NCBI GenBank assembly: GCA_963776275.1
Contig: CAVZMI010000023.1
Coordinates: forward strand, 32,001 to 96,000
Direction of reading: 5' to 3'
Source of the DNA: Ignavibacteriota bacterium
GTDB taxonomy: Bacteria; Bacteroidota; Ignavibacteria; UBA10030; CAVZMI01
DNA length: 64,000 bases
Shown here: in pieces, positions 46,878 through 57,607 of the stretch
How the letters are laid out: each line of letters starts with the position of its first letter
Numbering within the stretch: position 1 is the stretch's first letter
Notes under the pieces: model-generated
What the model was told of the DNA's origin: nothing
Databases searched by the model: none
Seen by the model: the letters and a program-made list of their open reading frames with translations, nothing else
Program-made: the position numbers and the translations under genes

Positions 46878-49800
46878 ATGAACTCAAAAAAACTTTTGAA
46901 AATTGGCGTACTGCTGGTAGCGATGCTGATGCTCGTTGCGGGCACATCATTTGCGAACACGTATTACGTCAACGTTCAAACCGGGTTGGACACCAAAGAT
47001 GGTCTCACACCGGGTAATGCAAAGCATTCTATTTCGAATGCTATTGCAGCAGCAGCTCCAGGTGATACCATCAGCGTCGACTGGGCAAACGGGAATCAAT
47101 ATCTCGAAGAGGTCTATGTCGACAAGGTGCTCTATTTCACTTCTACAAATGGAACTCCATCCGTGACAAACTGGCGAGTTAAAATTGTCGCAGCCTCCGG
47201 GTCGGGAATTACAGGCAATAGATGTACTTTCCTTGGCCCGTATTTTTTTACGGGCAGCCTGGAAATTGAAAATGGTGAAATCTACGGCGGTGGCAATCTC
47301 CTGGTTGAAACACAACTTATACGTTACGGCGTAAATACAAGTACGCCAACACCAAATTATAGCACTGTAGTCCACGGTCAGATTTTGTTTCTCCCCTATG
47401 TGGATTTTATTGATTCTACGAATGGTTACAACATGACGACCGGGTATGAGCTTCCGCAGACAGCAGTTAATGCCATGCGGAATTTCTATACCAGAGGCAG
47501 CGGTACAGTGACGTTGAATGAAAGTAAGATAATGAATGCTCAATTGATCACTGAAGGTGTATTAGCCTTAGGTGGGAATACTCTTACAATTAACGGCAAT
47601 TATGCTCATACCATAGGTGGCAATGTAACGGGCGGTTCAGCGGGTGGCAAAATGATATTTGCCATGAGTGGTGGTGGTGCAACCGTTATTGGTAATTATG
47701 TAATGCCGAACATTGTAGCTTCAGGTTCAGGTTCCAACACATTAACACTCAACACAAATGCCGGTGGCATTTATAGCATTTTGGCTACAGGTGGTGCAAG
47801 TGTCAATGTCCCGAGCTATGTCGGCACCGGTTCCGGATCTGGTGATGTTATTAATAAAATCGGAGCTGTTACTGATAGCAGCAAGGATGGGAATATTACT
47901 CTGAACGCTGCTCGATATATTACCTCGTTGTCAAATACGAACACGGGGTATATTCTATTAGCAACTGCTGCGGCGATAGATGTTTCCGGAAACGTTTCCA
48001 ACAGCGGCAATGGAGGTTACATTTCATTTGGCAATGTTGGTTGTACGGTTAATGTCCATGGCGCTGTTACAAATTCAAATGCAGGATACATCTCTTTCGC
48101 AGCTACTAATGATGCAGTCACAACGAATCAGGTTGGTGACGTTACGCAGAGTTCAAGCGGTTTTATAGAGTTTGATGGCGGCGCAACAGCTAAAAGTTTA
48201 ACGAATAACATTTCTAGCTTAGCTTTAGGTGCTAATACCAGAGTTGGAGCTAATTATGTTGGTGTTATTCGTTTTACAAGGGCTACTGCAACTATAACAA
48301 TTAATGGAAACGTCTCGAATATAGTCACTTATACAGGAACGGCTACATATAATAATGCTGGAAATACAACGAACTGGACACATACCGGCGAGATCTCATT
48401 TGCAGCAACAGGCGCAGCGTTGACCATCACTGGTTACATTGATGTTTTCGCAACTGGTAATTATGGGGCAGTTAATGGGGGTACAGGTTCGACCAACGCA
48501 ATTGTGAGCAACAACGGTTCTGTCATTATTGCCTCTGTAGGCGGTAATGTAGCAATCAATGGCGGTATTAGAGACCGTACAAACTGGCCGGATGTCAGCA
48601 GTCACGTCACATCTCTCGGTAATGGTATGGTCGACATGTCGACACGTACGACTGGTCATCTCGGTGAATCAGGTACACGCATTGGCGCGATTTCGAACAC
48701 ATCAACAACAGGGACAACTGACCTGGTGCACGGTAATATTCTTCTTGGCGGGACACCAGACGGAGTTCCTTTCTACGGGTCCTCGATGATCTCGACCGGA
48801 TCACACGGCGGTCAGATACTTCTTGGTAACCAAACCGTCGATATGTCGCAGAGCGTCGTCAATCAACGCACGATTACTGCCAATCATATCCAATTTGGTA
48901 GTGCAGCGACACCGGGTATTGCTGTGTCGATCAGCGGCAATATTCAGAATACTGATAAATCAACAATTACATTCCCGTCATTCCAGGGAAATGGCGGTGA
49001 GAATTTCCTGGCCGGGGGACTTATTTCAAGCGGTGCAAGCGGTAATATTCTTGTAGCTGGTCCTTGCACAGACGCGAATGGACAATTCCGTCTTGGTAGT
49101 ATCACGCTTTCGAATGGTACTATTACTCTTGGAGACAGCGCAAGTGGACCCACGATGAATGTAATTGTCAGCACGCTCTACGGTACTGGCAATGTGAGTT
49201 TCACAGGAGGCACATTCAAAATGGGTACAACGGTTGCTCCTTGCGGTCGCCTTCTTGTACTCGATGGATACGCTCACAAATTCAGCTCTGCGACTACAAG
49301 AACAGATTTCACTAGCGAAAGAAACTGTCAGCTCCTTGTCCAGCGTGTTTCATCTTTCGTTGCGGCACAGACACTGACAGGCGACCTGACAGAAACTGTA
49401 TGGCCGGGTACGTTATATATTAATAACCTTACTGGAGTTCCCGATAGCGACGCCGTGAAATTCGACGGCGGTAATTTCCGCATTCTGGATTCCGTGAACT
49501 TCATGAACGGCAAAGTCAGCATTAACAATATGCACATATTCATCGGCGGTCAGATACCCGGACCTACCGGTGTTGGTAACTTTATAAACACTTCAAGTTA
49601 CCACACGATAGCAGATGGATTTATTACCATGAATGGTAATAATGAAGTTGCACCGGGACAGACAGTCGCTGGAGTCGGTTCATTCGGTAATTTTGAAGTT
49701 GATGTTGATTCTATCGTGACAGTAGAACCTAGTACTGGTCCATTCACGGCGATCTTCGGTCTTACAAAAGGTCGCGTATATGGTGGAACGGATGTTGTAT

Positions 49801-52800
49801 TCGATACACTCAAATTTACCGGTACCTGGCCGACTATTCGCCGTAATGCCGGTACATTCGATAGTGCACCATCGTTCATCACGATGGTTAACGTGATTTA
49901 CATCGGCGTCGATAAGACATCATCACTGGAGTTGCCGACTGCAGAGAATAAGTTGAATAACCTTACAGTCGCAACAACGAACGGTCTACAAACGGGTGGT
50001 GCCGGTAAAGGCACTGTACAGGTTACCGTTCCGACGTACGTCAACGGTAAAATCATTGTGAATCCGGGTCAGGCTCTCTGCCTCTTTGGGGCCAGTCTGT
50101 ATATGAGGGGTGACTCGATCATACTGAACGGTGATATTACAAGTCATATGTTATTCGACATGCTTATATTAGACCGTCCGACCGGAACGATCATTAAAGG
50201 CGCTGGTGTTTTGCCGGCCGTGCAAGTCGATACGGGTTCGGTTGGAAACATGATCGACGGAGCAAAAGGTATTACACAGTTTCTCCTCGGTGCTGACGGC
50301 TGGCGTGGTGGTGCTGCTGATAATCTTCCCGGTAGTACGGGTGCACTCTTCATTGGTTATGTGGGAGGCACCGACACGGCACAGATCACTGTGAAGTTCG
50401 GCCCTCCGGATTCCACGACAAAAGCGCACATCGGATACTTTAACGGCACATACGGCTTGATAGTCTTACCACACGGGAATTTAACGCTTGCGGCTGATAT
50501 GATTGTTAAAGGAATTTACCAATACGGGACGATCGATGTTAAAACCTATACATTAACCGATCGATTCAGGTTTAGCTATTTTTCTGCGACCTCCGTTACA
50601 ACAGGCACGGGTGTTTTGCGATTCGAACCGGAAGGTTTGGTCGGACCACCACCATCCGTGAAGGCACCATCTCAGGAAAAAATCGCAGCACATAAAGAGT
50701 ATGCAAAATTTATTACGGCAGATATAGCAACTCGTGAGATACCTCAATCTGCTGTGAAATCCATGCAATCATGGATATCTAAAAAATCTCCAAAATCTCC
50801 ATCAACAAGTGGTAAAGCGTTGTTCTACGAATCAATACTGGTCGGTGATGGTGGACCAGTTACAATCAACACAAACGTGCAGGTTGCATCAGTTCCGGAT
50901 GGGACTCCCGGCTTGTTAGTCCAGGAGGGTATATTTGATCATATCACAAAGGTTGCATCAGTTCCGGGAGCAATTCCCGACCCTGCTATTCCTCTGGAAG
51001 GTGCCGGTAATTTTACTATCACGAAGAACCTGCAGCTTGATAGTATAACGACCTGGCTTATTAGCTATGATTTCGTATTAACGGTAACCGGCTCCTCGGT
51101 GCGGATGGCGCCAACGACAGCATTTTTAACCGGAGGAGATTTACTAATAGATTCAAAGAAACCTGTTCCGACTACTGCCGACGCTCTGCTTGACGATGGA
51201 ATGCTCAGACTCAATCCGACAGTACCTCCGTTAACATTCGCATGCTACGGGGACCCGGAAATCAGGAATCTATGGGTCAGCAACGACGTGATACTTGCAG
51301 GTGAAGGTCTCTATATAAATAATTTTCTTCATGATGGAGGCGTACTGGATTATAGTGCAGACGATTTCTCCGTTTTGGATACATATATCAGGCGTGACAA
51401 CGCTTCCTACAAGACCGTCAATACCTGGTTTATCTTCAAAGGTATCACGTTCGATCAAGACACGACTGATATGACCCTGGTCAATCTTTCATTTGAAAGC
51501 ACAGGGCCAGACTCTCTAATAAATAGGGGTATCGTGAACGTATCGAACAAACTGAGACTCGCCTCGAACATAAATTATCCGGTGGATATCAATAATACTC
51601 CGCCAGTGGGAGGAGCAACCAGACTAGCGGTTGCCGCTCTTGATACGGTAATCTATATAGGCGGTCGTTTTGACGTTAAACCCACTTATGGAGGCACGAT
51701 AACACTTATCACACAGTTGACCACAAGTAAGGTCATTCATGAAACTGTATGGGCCTCCAACAGTGCATCGCTGGTCGACACTCTCATAATTGATAACGTA
51801 GGTAGCGGTGTTGTATCGTACATGCCGGGTACTCGTCAGATCAATAATTCTCTCGAACTCAGAGTCGGTGTATTATCATTGAATGGTGATACATTGAAAC
51901 TGCTCGACACCTTAACGATTCGCCGTCGTCAGACCGGATCGCTCGATCTAGACGGTGGGACGATTCCATGGCATTGGACCAATGTGGTGTACGAGCCGAC
52001 AGCTGCTTCTCCAGATGGTAATATTAGCACAGGTCCTGAACTTCTATCACCTGTGAATAACCTTACAATCACGAAATACGGTACTCCGGCTCCGGGTAAT
52101 GCACTAATTACCCTGACTAGAGATCTCGTGGTTAACGGTACGCTACGTGTGGCGAACAACTTCAGTATGGGTACCCATACTCTCGAGCTAGACGGTCACA
52201 TGGTAGTAACAGCCCCGCAGTTGACGTTTAATGGTACGTTGATATTCGGTGGTTCGCTTCCAGTTCAGACAGTACAGTTGAATGGAACGCTCAGCCCCAC
52301 TAACGTGATCATGCAAAAAACGGCTCAGGGCCTTGTCAATGTCTCGGGCGGTAATATGGATGTGGCACTCATGCTTACCTTCTACAATGGCATATTAAAT
52401 ATAACTCCACCGTCGGTTGTCATTATTCATAAGCCGGGAGGTGGTGGTCAAGGATTTGACCATTCGGGAGTTGTATATGGAACGTGTTTGAGTCACGTTC
52501 GTGGCAAGGTACGGCAACAGGTTCCTGCCGGAGCGGGAAACATTTCAGACGGTCGGTTTGAGTTCCCTGTTGGAGGGTTAACGAGGACCAGTTATCGTCT
52601 GATAGCGTTCACATTCACACAGAATTATCCGGTGATCAACACAACGAACATCGAGGTGATGAACGTTGATACGATACCGGAAGGTGTGAAGAACATGCCG
52701 ATCAATGGTGGTTATGGCATAAAGATCAGGAACTATCCGAATTACTTCTGGTTAGTCAATGCGACGCCGTCGAGCTTCACGCAGACACAGCAATTTGACG

Positions 52801-54491
52801 TTGAGCTCCACGGAACAGACCTGGTCTATCCTGATATATTGAAGGATGATCTGCGTATCATTCGTCGTCAGGATGGTAATGCATTAATCAACGGGTGGTT
52901 CATGCAGGGTGATTCAACCGTTTATACAGAAAACTACGTATATCGTCCAGATCCTGACCATTATCCGACAGATAGCGTTGTGGCGGTCCGCAGTTCGTCC
53001 ACCTCTGGTGGAATAGTATATGCGGGTACGCGCTTCGCGGTTGGAATACCGGCACGAAATCCGGAGTTCCTGTCAGTGATGCGGGATACGACTATCGCGC
53101 AGATTGATAGTGTTGCCTGGACGTACTCGGCGAAGTCAAATAATATCGGTGGGAGTATTACATCTTACACGCTCGTCAATCCACCGACGGGTGCGGCGAT
53201 TAATAGTTCAACAGGCAAGATGGTTTACAAGCCGGGTTATTCGACGGTTCCGGGTATCTACCAAATAGTAGTATCGGCCAATGATAGTTCAATGTCGAAA
53301 CTCGATACCGCAAATGTAGCGGTAACGAAGTCGAACCGTGCGCCATCGTTCACGGCCACGGGGGCAGCGATATGGACGATAGATTCAGTGGTCGAGAGAG
53401 TTCCACAAGCCTTAACATACATTGCATTGGACGCCGATCCGGGTGATGTCGTAGCATACTCGATAGACACGACGTTTGGTGCACATATTAACGCAACAAC
53501 GGGTGCGATGACCTGGACGCCGACTTTTGCACAGGCCGGACATAGCTATATTCTGAAGGTGAAAGCTACCGATGGTACAGCAACAGACTCCACATCGCAT
53601 AGTGTATTTGTGAAGCACAGCAGAAGGAAGGGAGATACGAACGGATCAGGGAGTATTTCAACGACGGATGCAACGGCAATATTACAGTCTATTGTTGGAA
53701 TAGATCCAGGAATGACCACTCTATTGGATCCGGCTGCAGCGTGGGCTGCGGATGTATCTCTGAACAGTTCGGTATCGGCGCTTGATGCTTCCTATATTCT
53801 GCAATATCTAGTAGGCAAACGTGGTTTACCGAACCTACCGAAACCGATCGTGGCAAGCGGTACACTGAGCTGGGGTAATCTGGTATCCGGCGAAGTAGCA
53901 GGAACGATAACGCTGCCATTAAAGGTTAGGAATGCTTCGAATATTTATTCAGTAGAATTCAAGGCAAACATTGGTTCATTGAAGGTTGATGATCTGAAGG
54001 CGAATTTGCCGAAGGATTGGCTAATCATCTATAAGGCGACCGAAGGGAAGTTAGCGGTTGCAGCAGCTGGTGTAACGCCGATCTCGGATGGTAACATTGC
54101 TACAATATGCTTCAAGGTCGATAAGGATCAGAAGCCGGAGAAGGTGGATGTTGATGTTCTTATGAACGAGAGCACCAATCAGACGCTTTCAGTCCAGGTA
54201 GCACCGTTGCCAACGGAGTTTGCCTTAGAGAACAACTATCCGAACCCGTTCAACCCGACGACAACGATCAAGTATCAGTTGCCGGAAGATGTCCGTGTTA
54301 GCGTGACAATCTACAATATTCAAGGTCAGGTTGTCCGGACACTGGTGAACGAAGATCAGAAAGCTGGATATTACACGATTCAGTGGGATGGTCGGAGTGA
54401 AGCTGGAACAACGGTTGCGACGGGAATCTACATCTACCGAATCAACGCTGGTTCGTTTGTAACAGCGAAGAAGATGGTGATGATGAAATAA
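46878..54491 (+). CDS. Giant secreted dockerin/cohesin surface protein (2537 aa), copy 2
   Basis: Same architecture as 36790-44274. The C-terminal ~860 aa are almost identical, and there are two strongly divergent internal blocks. Confidence 0.8.
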   Translation: MNSKKLLKIGVLLVAMLMLVAGTSFANTYYVNVQTGLDTKDGLTPGNAKHSISNAIAAAAPGDTISVDWANGNQYLEEVYVDKVLYFTSTNGTPSVTNWRVKIVAASGSGITGNRCTFLGPYFFTGSLEIENGEIYGGGNLLVETQLIRYGVNTSTPTPNYSTVVHGQILFLPYVDFIDSTNGYNMTTGYELPQTAVNAMRNFYTRGSGTVTLNESKIMNAQLITEGVLALGGNTLTINGNYAHTIGGNVTGGSAGGKMIFAMSGGGATVIGNYVMPNIVASGSGSNTLTLNTNAGGIYSILATGGASVNVPSYVGTGSGSGDVINKIGAVTDSSKDGNITLNAARYITSLSNTNTGYILLATAAAIDVSGNVSNSGNGGYISFGNVGCTVNVHGAVTNSNAGYISFAATNDAVTTNQVGDVTQSSSGFIEFDGGATAKSLTNNISSLALGANTRVGANYVGVIRFTRATATITINGNVSNIVTYTGTATYNNAGNTTNWTHTGEISFAATGAALTITGYIDVFATGNYGAVNGGTGSTNAIVSNNGSVIIASVGGNVAINGGIRDRTNWPDVSSHVTSLGNGMVDMSTRTTGHLGESGTRIGAISNTSTTGTTDLVHGNILLGGTPDGVPFYGSSMISTGSHGGQILLGNQTVDMSQSVVNQRTITANHIQFGSAATPGIAVSISGNIQNTDKSTITFPSFQGNGGENFLAGGLISSGASGNILVAGPCTDANGQFRLGSITLSNGTITLGDSASGPTMNVIVSTLYGTGNVSFTGGTFKMGTTVAPCGRLLVLDGYAHKFSSATTRTDFTSERNCQLLVQRVSSFVAAQTLTGDLTETVWPGTLYINNLTGVPDSDAVKFDGGNFRILDSVNFMNGKVSINNMHIFIGGQIPGPTGVGNFINTSSYHTIADGFITMNGNNEVAPGQTVAGVGSFGNFEVDVDSIVTVEPSTGPFTAIFGLTKGRVYGGTDVVFDTLKFTGTWPTIRRNAGTFDSAPSFITMVNVIYIGVDKTSSLELPTAENKLNNLTVATTNGLQTGGAGKGTVQVTVPTYVNGKIIVNPGQALCLFGASLYMRGDSIILNGDITSHMLFDMLILDRPTGTIIKGAGVLPAVQVDTGSVGNMIDGAKGITQFLLGADGWRGGAADNLPGSTGALFIGYVGGTDTAQITVKFGPPDSTTKAHIGYFNGTYGLIVLPHGNLTLAADMIVKGIYQYGTIDVKTYTLTDRFRFSYFSATSVTTGTGVLRFEPEGLVGPPPSVKAPSQEKIAAHKEYAKFITADIATREIPQSAVKSMQSWISKKSPKSPSTSGKALFYESILVGDGGPVTINTNVQVASVPDGTPGLLVQEGIFDHITKVASVPGAIPDPAIPLEGAGNFTITKNLQLDSITTWLISYDFVLTVTGSSVRMAPTTAFLTGGDLLIDSKKPVPTTADALLDDGMLRLNPTVPPLTFACYGDPEIRNLWVSNDVILAGEGLYINNFLHDGGVLDYSADDFSVLDTYIRRDNASYKTVNTWFIFKGITFDQDTTDMTLVNLSFESTGPDSLINRGIVNVSNKLRLASNINYPVDINNTPPVGGATRLAVAALDTVIYIGGRFDVKPTYGGTITLITQLTTSKVIHETVWASNSASLVDTLIIDNVGSGVVSYMPGTRQINNSLELRVGVLSLNGDTLKLLDTLTIRRRQTGSLDLDGGTIPWHWTNVVYEPTAASPDGNISTGPELLSPVNNLTITKYGTPAPGNALITLTRDLVVNGTLRVANNFSMGTHTLELDGHMVVTAPQLTFNGTLIFGGSLPVQTVQLNGTLSPTNVIMQKTAQGLVNVSGGNMDVALMLTFYNGILNITPPSVVIIHKPGGGGQGFDHSGVVYGTCLSHVRGKVRQQVPAGAGNISDGRFEFPVGGLTRTSYRLIAFTFTQNYPVINTTNIEVMNVDTIPEGVKNMPINGGYGIKIRNYPNYFWLVNATPSSFTQTQQFDVELHGTDLVYPDILKDDLRIIRRQDGNALINGWFMQGDSTVYTENYVYRPDPDHYPTDSVVAVRSSSTSGGIVYAGTRFAVGIPARNPEFLSVMRDTTIAQIDSVAWTYSAKSNNIGGSITSYTLVNPPTGAAINSSTGKMVYKPGYSTVPGIYQIVVSANDSSMSKLDTANVAVTKSNRAPSFTATGAAIWTIDSVVERVPQALTYIALDADPGDVVAYSIDTTFGAHINATTGAMTWTPTFAQAGHSYILKVKATDGTATDSTSHSVFVKHSRRKGDTNGSGSISTTDATAILQSIVGIDPGMTTLLDPAAAWAADVSLNSSVSALDASYILQYLVGKRGLPNLPKPIVASGTLSWGNLVSGEVAGTITLPLKVRNASNIYSVEFKANIGSLKVDDLKANLPKDWLIIYKATEGKLAVAAAGVTPISDGNIATICFKVDKDQKPEKVDVDVLMNESTNQTLSVQVAPLPTEFALENNYPNPFNPTTTIKYQLPEDVRVSVTIYNIQGQVVRTLVNEDQKAGYYTIQWDGRSEAGTTVATGIYIYRINAGSFVTAKKMVMMK

Positions 54492-54620
54492 CGCTTTCGC
54501 AATTTATCCGGGAGGGGTGGAGTGTCCCGATGAAAACGGGATGCTCCGCCTTTGACCGGGAGTTGTGAAGAGACATTTAAATGAATTAACAAATTTTACT
54601 CACAAAGAAAAGGGGGCAAG

Positions 54621-55820
54621 ATGCGCAAAGTTACATTTCCTTTCCTGAAGACCCTAGTAATAGTCTTTGGGGTGCTTTTGCTTGCCACCAATGTTGCCTT
54701 GGCACAGGTACCGGTAAGCCTGCCGAATATAGCATCGAGAGTAGGAATAACCAGACCCATCGACGTGACAGTAGGAACAATATCCAGAGCGATGGCTGTG
54801 ATATCGTATCAGTTCGATCTATTATACGATTCTACAACTATCCTTGTCACTAACTACACCTTGGAGGGAACGATATCAGCGGGAGTAAAAGCGCCCGTGG
54901 TAGTGATATCGACTCCAGGGATCGTAAGGGTAGCGGTAGCCAGTGATTCGGCGATTTTTGGGTCTGGAACGCTGATTAGATTCTATGCGCTGATGAAAAC
55001 ACTGAACGACACGTCATATTTAAACCTGTCAGGGTTTAAATTCAACGAAGGTAGTCCGGCAAGTACGGTAACGAACGGCCGGGTAATTATTCCGTTGTTT
55101 AGTGTGAGCCTGCCTGCGGTAGATAGTGTTAAAGTCAAACAAGACTCGATATTCAACATACCGATTACTACGGATTTTATCACAGGTAGAGGGATACTGT
55201 CATATCAATTTGCCGTATCGTACGATACCAATTTTATTGTGATCACAGGAGTGGACAAGGCAGGAACAATCTCTGCAAATATGAGTATTCTTGTGAACGC
55301 AACTGTAGCCGGACGGATATCGGTTGCAGCGGCATCGGACAGTATACTTTCTGGAGGAGATGGAGCGACATTAATCTATCTTCAGGCAAGGATTAAACCA
55401 AATGCACATGGGACATCGGCGTTGACATTTGTGGATGGTTTCTTCCAGTACAATGAAGGGACCCCGCCAGTTGGTGCAGTTGATGGTAGTATCTATGTTA
55501 AAGATATTACCGCAATCAGGCAGACAGACCCAGTACCGACAAAATACGTGCTCGATCAAAACTATCCGAATCCGTTTAACCCGACGACAATGATAACATT
55601 CGGGTTGCCGAAGGAATCGAACGTGACGCTCGAGGTATACAACATACTCGGGATGAAAGTACGCACGTTGATAGCCGGAGAGCGGATGAATGCAGCGAAG
55701 TACTCGATAGATTGGGATGGTAAGGACAACTCCGGGATGTCAGTCCCGAGTGGAGTGTATCTCTACCGTCTTCATACGGATAAGTTCGACGCGGCAAGGA
55801 AGATGGTATTGGTGAAATAG
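54621..55820 (+). CDS. Secreted cohesin-cohesin-CTD protein, copy 2
   Basis: Protein appears identical to 44404-45603 (offset 10217 bp). Only silent differences were noticed. Confidence 0.75.
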   Translation: MRKVTFPFLKTLVIVFGVLLLATNVALAQVPVSLPNIASRVGITRPIDVTVGTISRAMAVISYQFDLLYDSTTILVTNYTLEGTISAGVKAPVVVISTPGIVRVAVASDSAIFGSGTLIRFYALMKTLNDTSYLNLSGFKFNEGSPASTVTNGRVIIPLFSVSLPAVDSVKVKQDSIFNIPITTDFITGRGILSYQFAVSYDTNFIVITGVDKAGTISANMSILVNATVAGRISVAAASDSILSGGDGATLIYLQARIKPNAHGTSALTFVDGFFQYNEGTPPVGAVDGSIYVKDITAIRQTDPVPTKYVLDQNYPNPFNPTTMITFGLPKESNVTLEVYNILGMKVRTLIAGERMNAAKYSIDWDGKDNSGMSVPSGVYLYRLHTDKFDAARKMVLVK

Positions 55821-55918
55821 CATTGGTCAAGTAGAAATAAGTTCAGAGCAGCCCTGTCCCGATATAATCGGGATGGGGCTGTGCTGTTTATGTGGGGTAC
55901 GGCAATTTTAGAAATCCA

Positions 55919-56127
55919 TTAAGGTTTAGATTGAGGTTAAGGTTTAGGGAATATAAAATCTGTGTATTAGTCTCTTAGAGAAATGCCTGTGTGGTAGGGA
56001 GCGATATCAACCGCGGAGGAAATATTCCGAATTACTGAGAGATTTCTAAGCATTCTTTCGGCGGGGATGAGAAAAAAACCTTAGTCTCAATATAAGACTT
56101 GATCTAATTCTCGATTTTGACCTCTCA
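55919..56127 (+). pseudogene. Decayed four-helix-bundle cassette
   Basis: From 55962 it reads VY*SLREMPVW*GAISTAEEIFRITERF, compared with MYKSFKEMPVWQEAMSIAVDIFHMTESL. It is flanked by TTAAGG/TTGAGG and CCTTAG/CTCAA hexamer arms. Confidence 0.75.
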
Positions 56128-56212
56128 TCTCCCATTTATTTGCAAAAAAGGCTCATTTTCCTTAAACTTTTACAGTGATAAGGCCATCCAATAAACAGCC
56201 AGAATCGTGTGA

Positions 56213-56797
56213 ATGACGACCCAGACTGATCAGCAGCTTCTTGATGAATTCTTACGGGGGGATGAACGCAGCTTTAATGAGCTCGTACGTCGATACCAGG
56301 GAAAGGTTTACTGGGTTGCCCGACGAATGGTGATCGATCATGACGAAGCTGATGATATTGTACAGGAAGTATTCATTAAATTATATCAGTCGGTCAAAGA
56401 GTTTCGTGGTGAGTCGTCGCTCTATACATGGTTATATCGTGTGACTGTGAATGCGTCGCTGAATGCTCTTCGCCGAAAGAAGGTACGCGAGTATCTTTCA
56501 TTCGGTGAAGCGAGGGTACAGTTTGAATCGGACACACCGCGCCCGGATGAATTGTACGAAAGGACTGAGCAGAGCGCTGAACTCGAAAAGGCAATTGCCT
56601 CGTTGCCCGAGAAACAGCGTGCGGTGTTTGTACTTCGTTATTATGAAGAGAAATCATACGAAGAAATATCAAAATTATTGAAGACCTCTGTTGGTGGATT
56701 GAAGGCAAATTATTTTCATGCAGTCAAGAAAATAGGTAAAGCGATCAGGGCGAAGGATTTTAAGAAAACACACGTAGAAGGAAAAAGCTTGCCCTGA
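56213..56797 (+). CDS. ECF RNA polymerase sigma factor
   Basis: FNELVRRYQ, ADDIVQEVF, FRGESSLYTWLYRV and LPEKQRAVFVLRY..SYEEIS motifs. The stop codon is supplied by a repeat element. Confidence 0.9.
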   Translation: MTTQTDQQLLDEFLRGDERSFNELVRRYQGKVYWVARRMVIDHDEADDIVQEVFIKLYQSVKEFRGESSLYTWLYRVTVNASLNALRRKKVREYLSFGEARVQFESDTPRPDELYERTEQSAELEKAIASLPEKQRAVFVLRYYEEKSYEEISKLLKTSVGGLKANYFHAVKKIGKAIRAKDFKKTHVEGKSLP

Positions 56798-56894
56798 GCG
56801 AGCGGAGCGAGTCGAAGGGCTTGCCCTGGGCGACACCGAGTGAGTCCCGCGGAGCGGGACGAATCGAAGGGGAGTCGAGGGTGCGTCGAGAGGG
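56787..56894 (-). repeat. Inverted compound/nested hairpin-family units within a heptamer tract
   Basis: The reverse complement contains CCCTTCGACTCGCTCCGCTCGCTCAGGGCAAGC and nested CTCTCGAC/ACCCTCGAC/CCCTTCGAT arms. Confidence 0.75.
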
Positions 56895-56946
56895 AAAAAG
56901 GAAAAGGAATAAATAGGCCGGTACCACCGAGATATGGAGCCGTCGA

Positions 56947-57597
56947 ATGAATAAAATCTGCAAGATAATTCTTCTTCAGCTTCCTGATTTTGTTCAAGGG
57001 AAGACAAGCAAGGATGACTCCCGCATCATTCAGGAGCACATTCAAGAGTGCACAGACTGCCGAAAAGAGGCGGAAGATCTTAGGGAGGTTTTTACATCCA
57101 TTCTTCCGGAAGGCGCTTTTTCGGCGCCGTCAGAGGCATATTGGAGCACAATTGTTCCACGTATTCATGAGCAGTTGGAGAGGCGAGGGCGTCGATTTAA
57201 GTTTATGCCATGGTGGATTTATCGGATTGTTCTCCCGCTGGCAACAGTATCTCTGGTTATTGTACTGCTTTTTCGTAATAGCATATTCTCGCCGGCTACT
57301 TCACAGGAAGATATTCGCAAGGCGATACAACAGATGACAGATGAAGAACGGACGGTCGTCTTTCATGAAACTATAGCGACAACAGAGGAAGGCATTGATG
57401 AATATCCGGTAGCCGATTCGCTGTTTGTATTATTTAGAAGTGATATAAGAGATGCTGCAAAATCAGGGATATTCGAGTATACCTTGACCCCGTTTGAACA
57501 TCAATTTGCGCCTGAGGCGCTGCTCGAATCGCTTTCACCGGAAGAAGTCGAGCAGATACTCGAAAAATTACAAACACAACAGAATATTACATCATAA
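56947..57597 (+). CDS. Zinc-finger (ZAS) transmembrane anti-sigma factor
   Basis: HIQECTDC (HxxxCxxC) motif, one TM helix, directly after the ECF sigma gene. Confidence 0.8.
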   Translation: MNKICKIILLQLPDFVQGKTSKDDSRIIQEHIQECTDCRKEAEDLREVFTSILPEGAFSAPSEAYWSTIVPRIHEQLERRGRRFKFMPWWIYRIVLPLATVSLVIVLLFRNSIFSPATSQEDIRKAIQQMTDEERTVVFHETIATTEEGIDEYPVADSLFVLFRSDIRDAAKSGIFEYTLTPFEHQFAPEALLESLSPEEVEQILEKLQTQQNITS

Positions 57598-57607
57598 GAG
57601 GTCCCCA

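Noticed and set aside
45777-55820. Diversity-generating retroelement (Avd-like four-helix bundle next to duplicated genes)
   Set aside because: No reverse transcriptase in the window, no short TR/VR pair, and the differences between copies are block-wise with indels rather than adenine-specific.
36479-55890. Duplication as a pure assembly artefact
   Set aside because: The copies have long divergent in-frame blocks, different leaders and different downstream cassettes. Long-read confirmation is still desirable.
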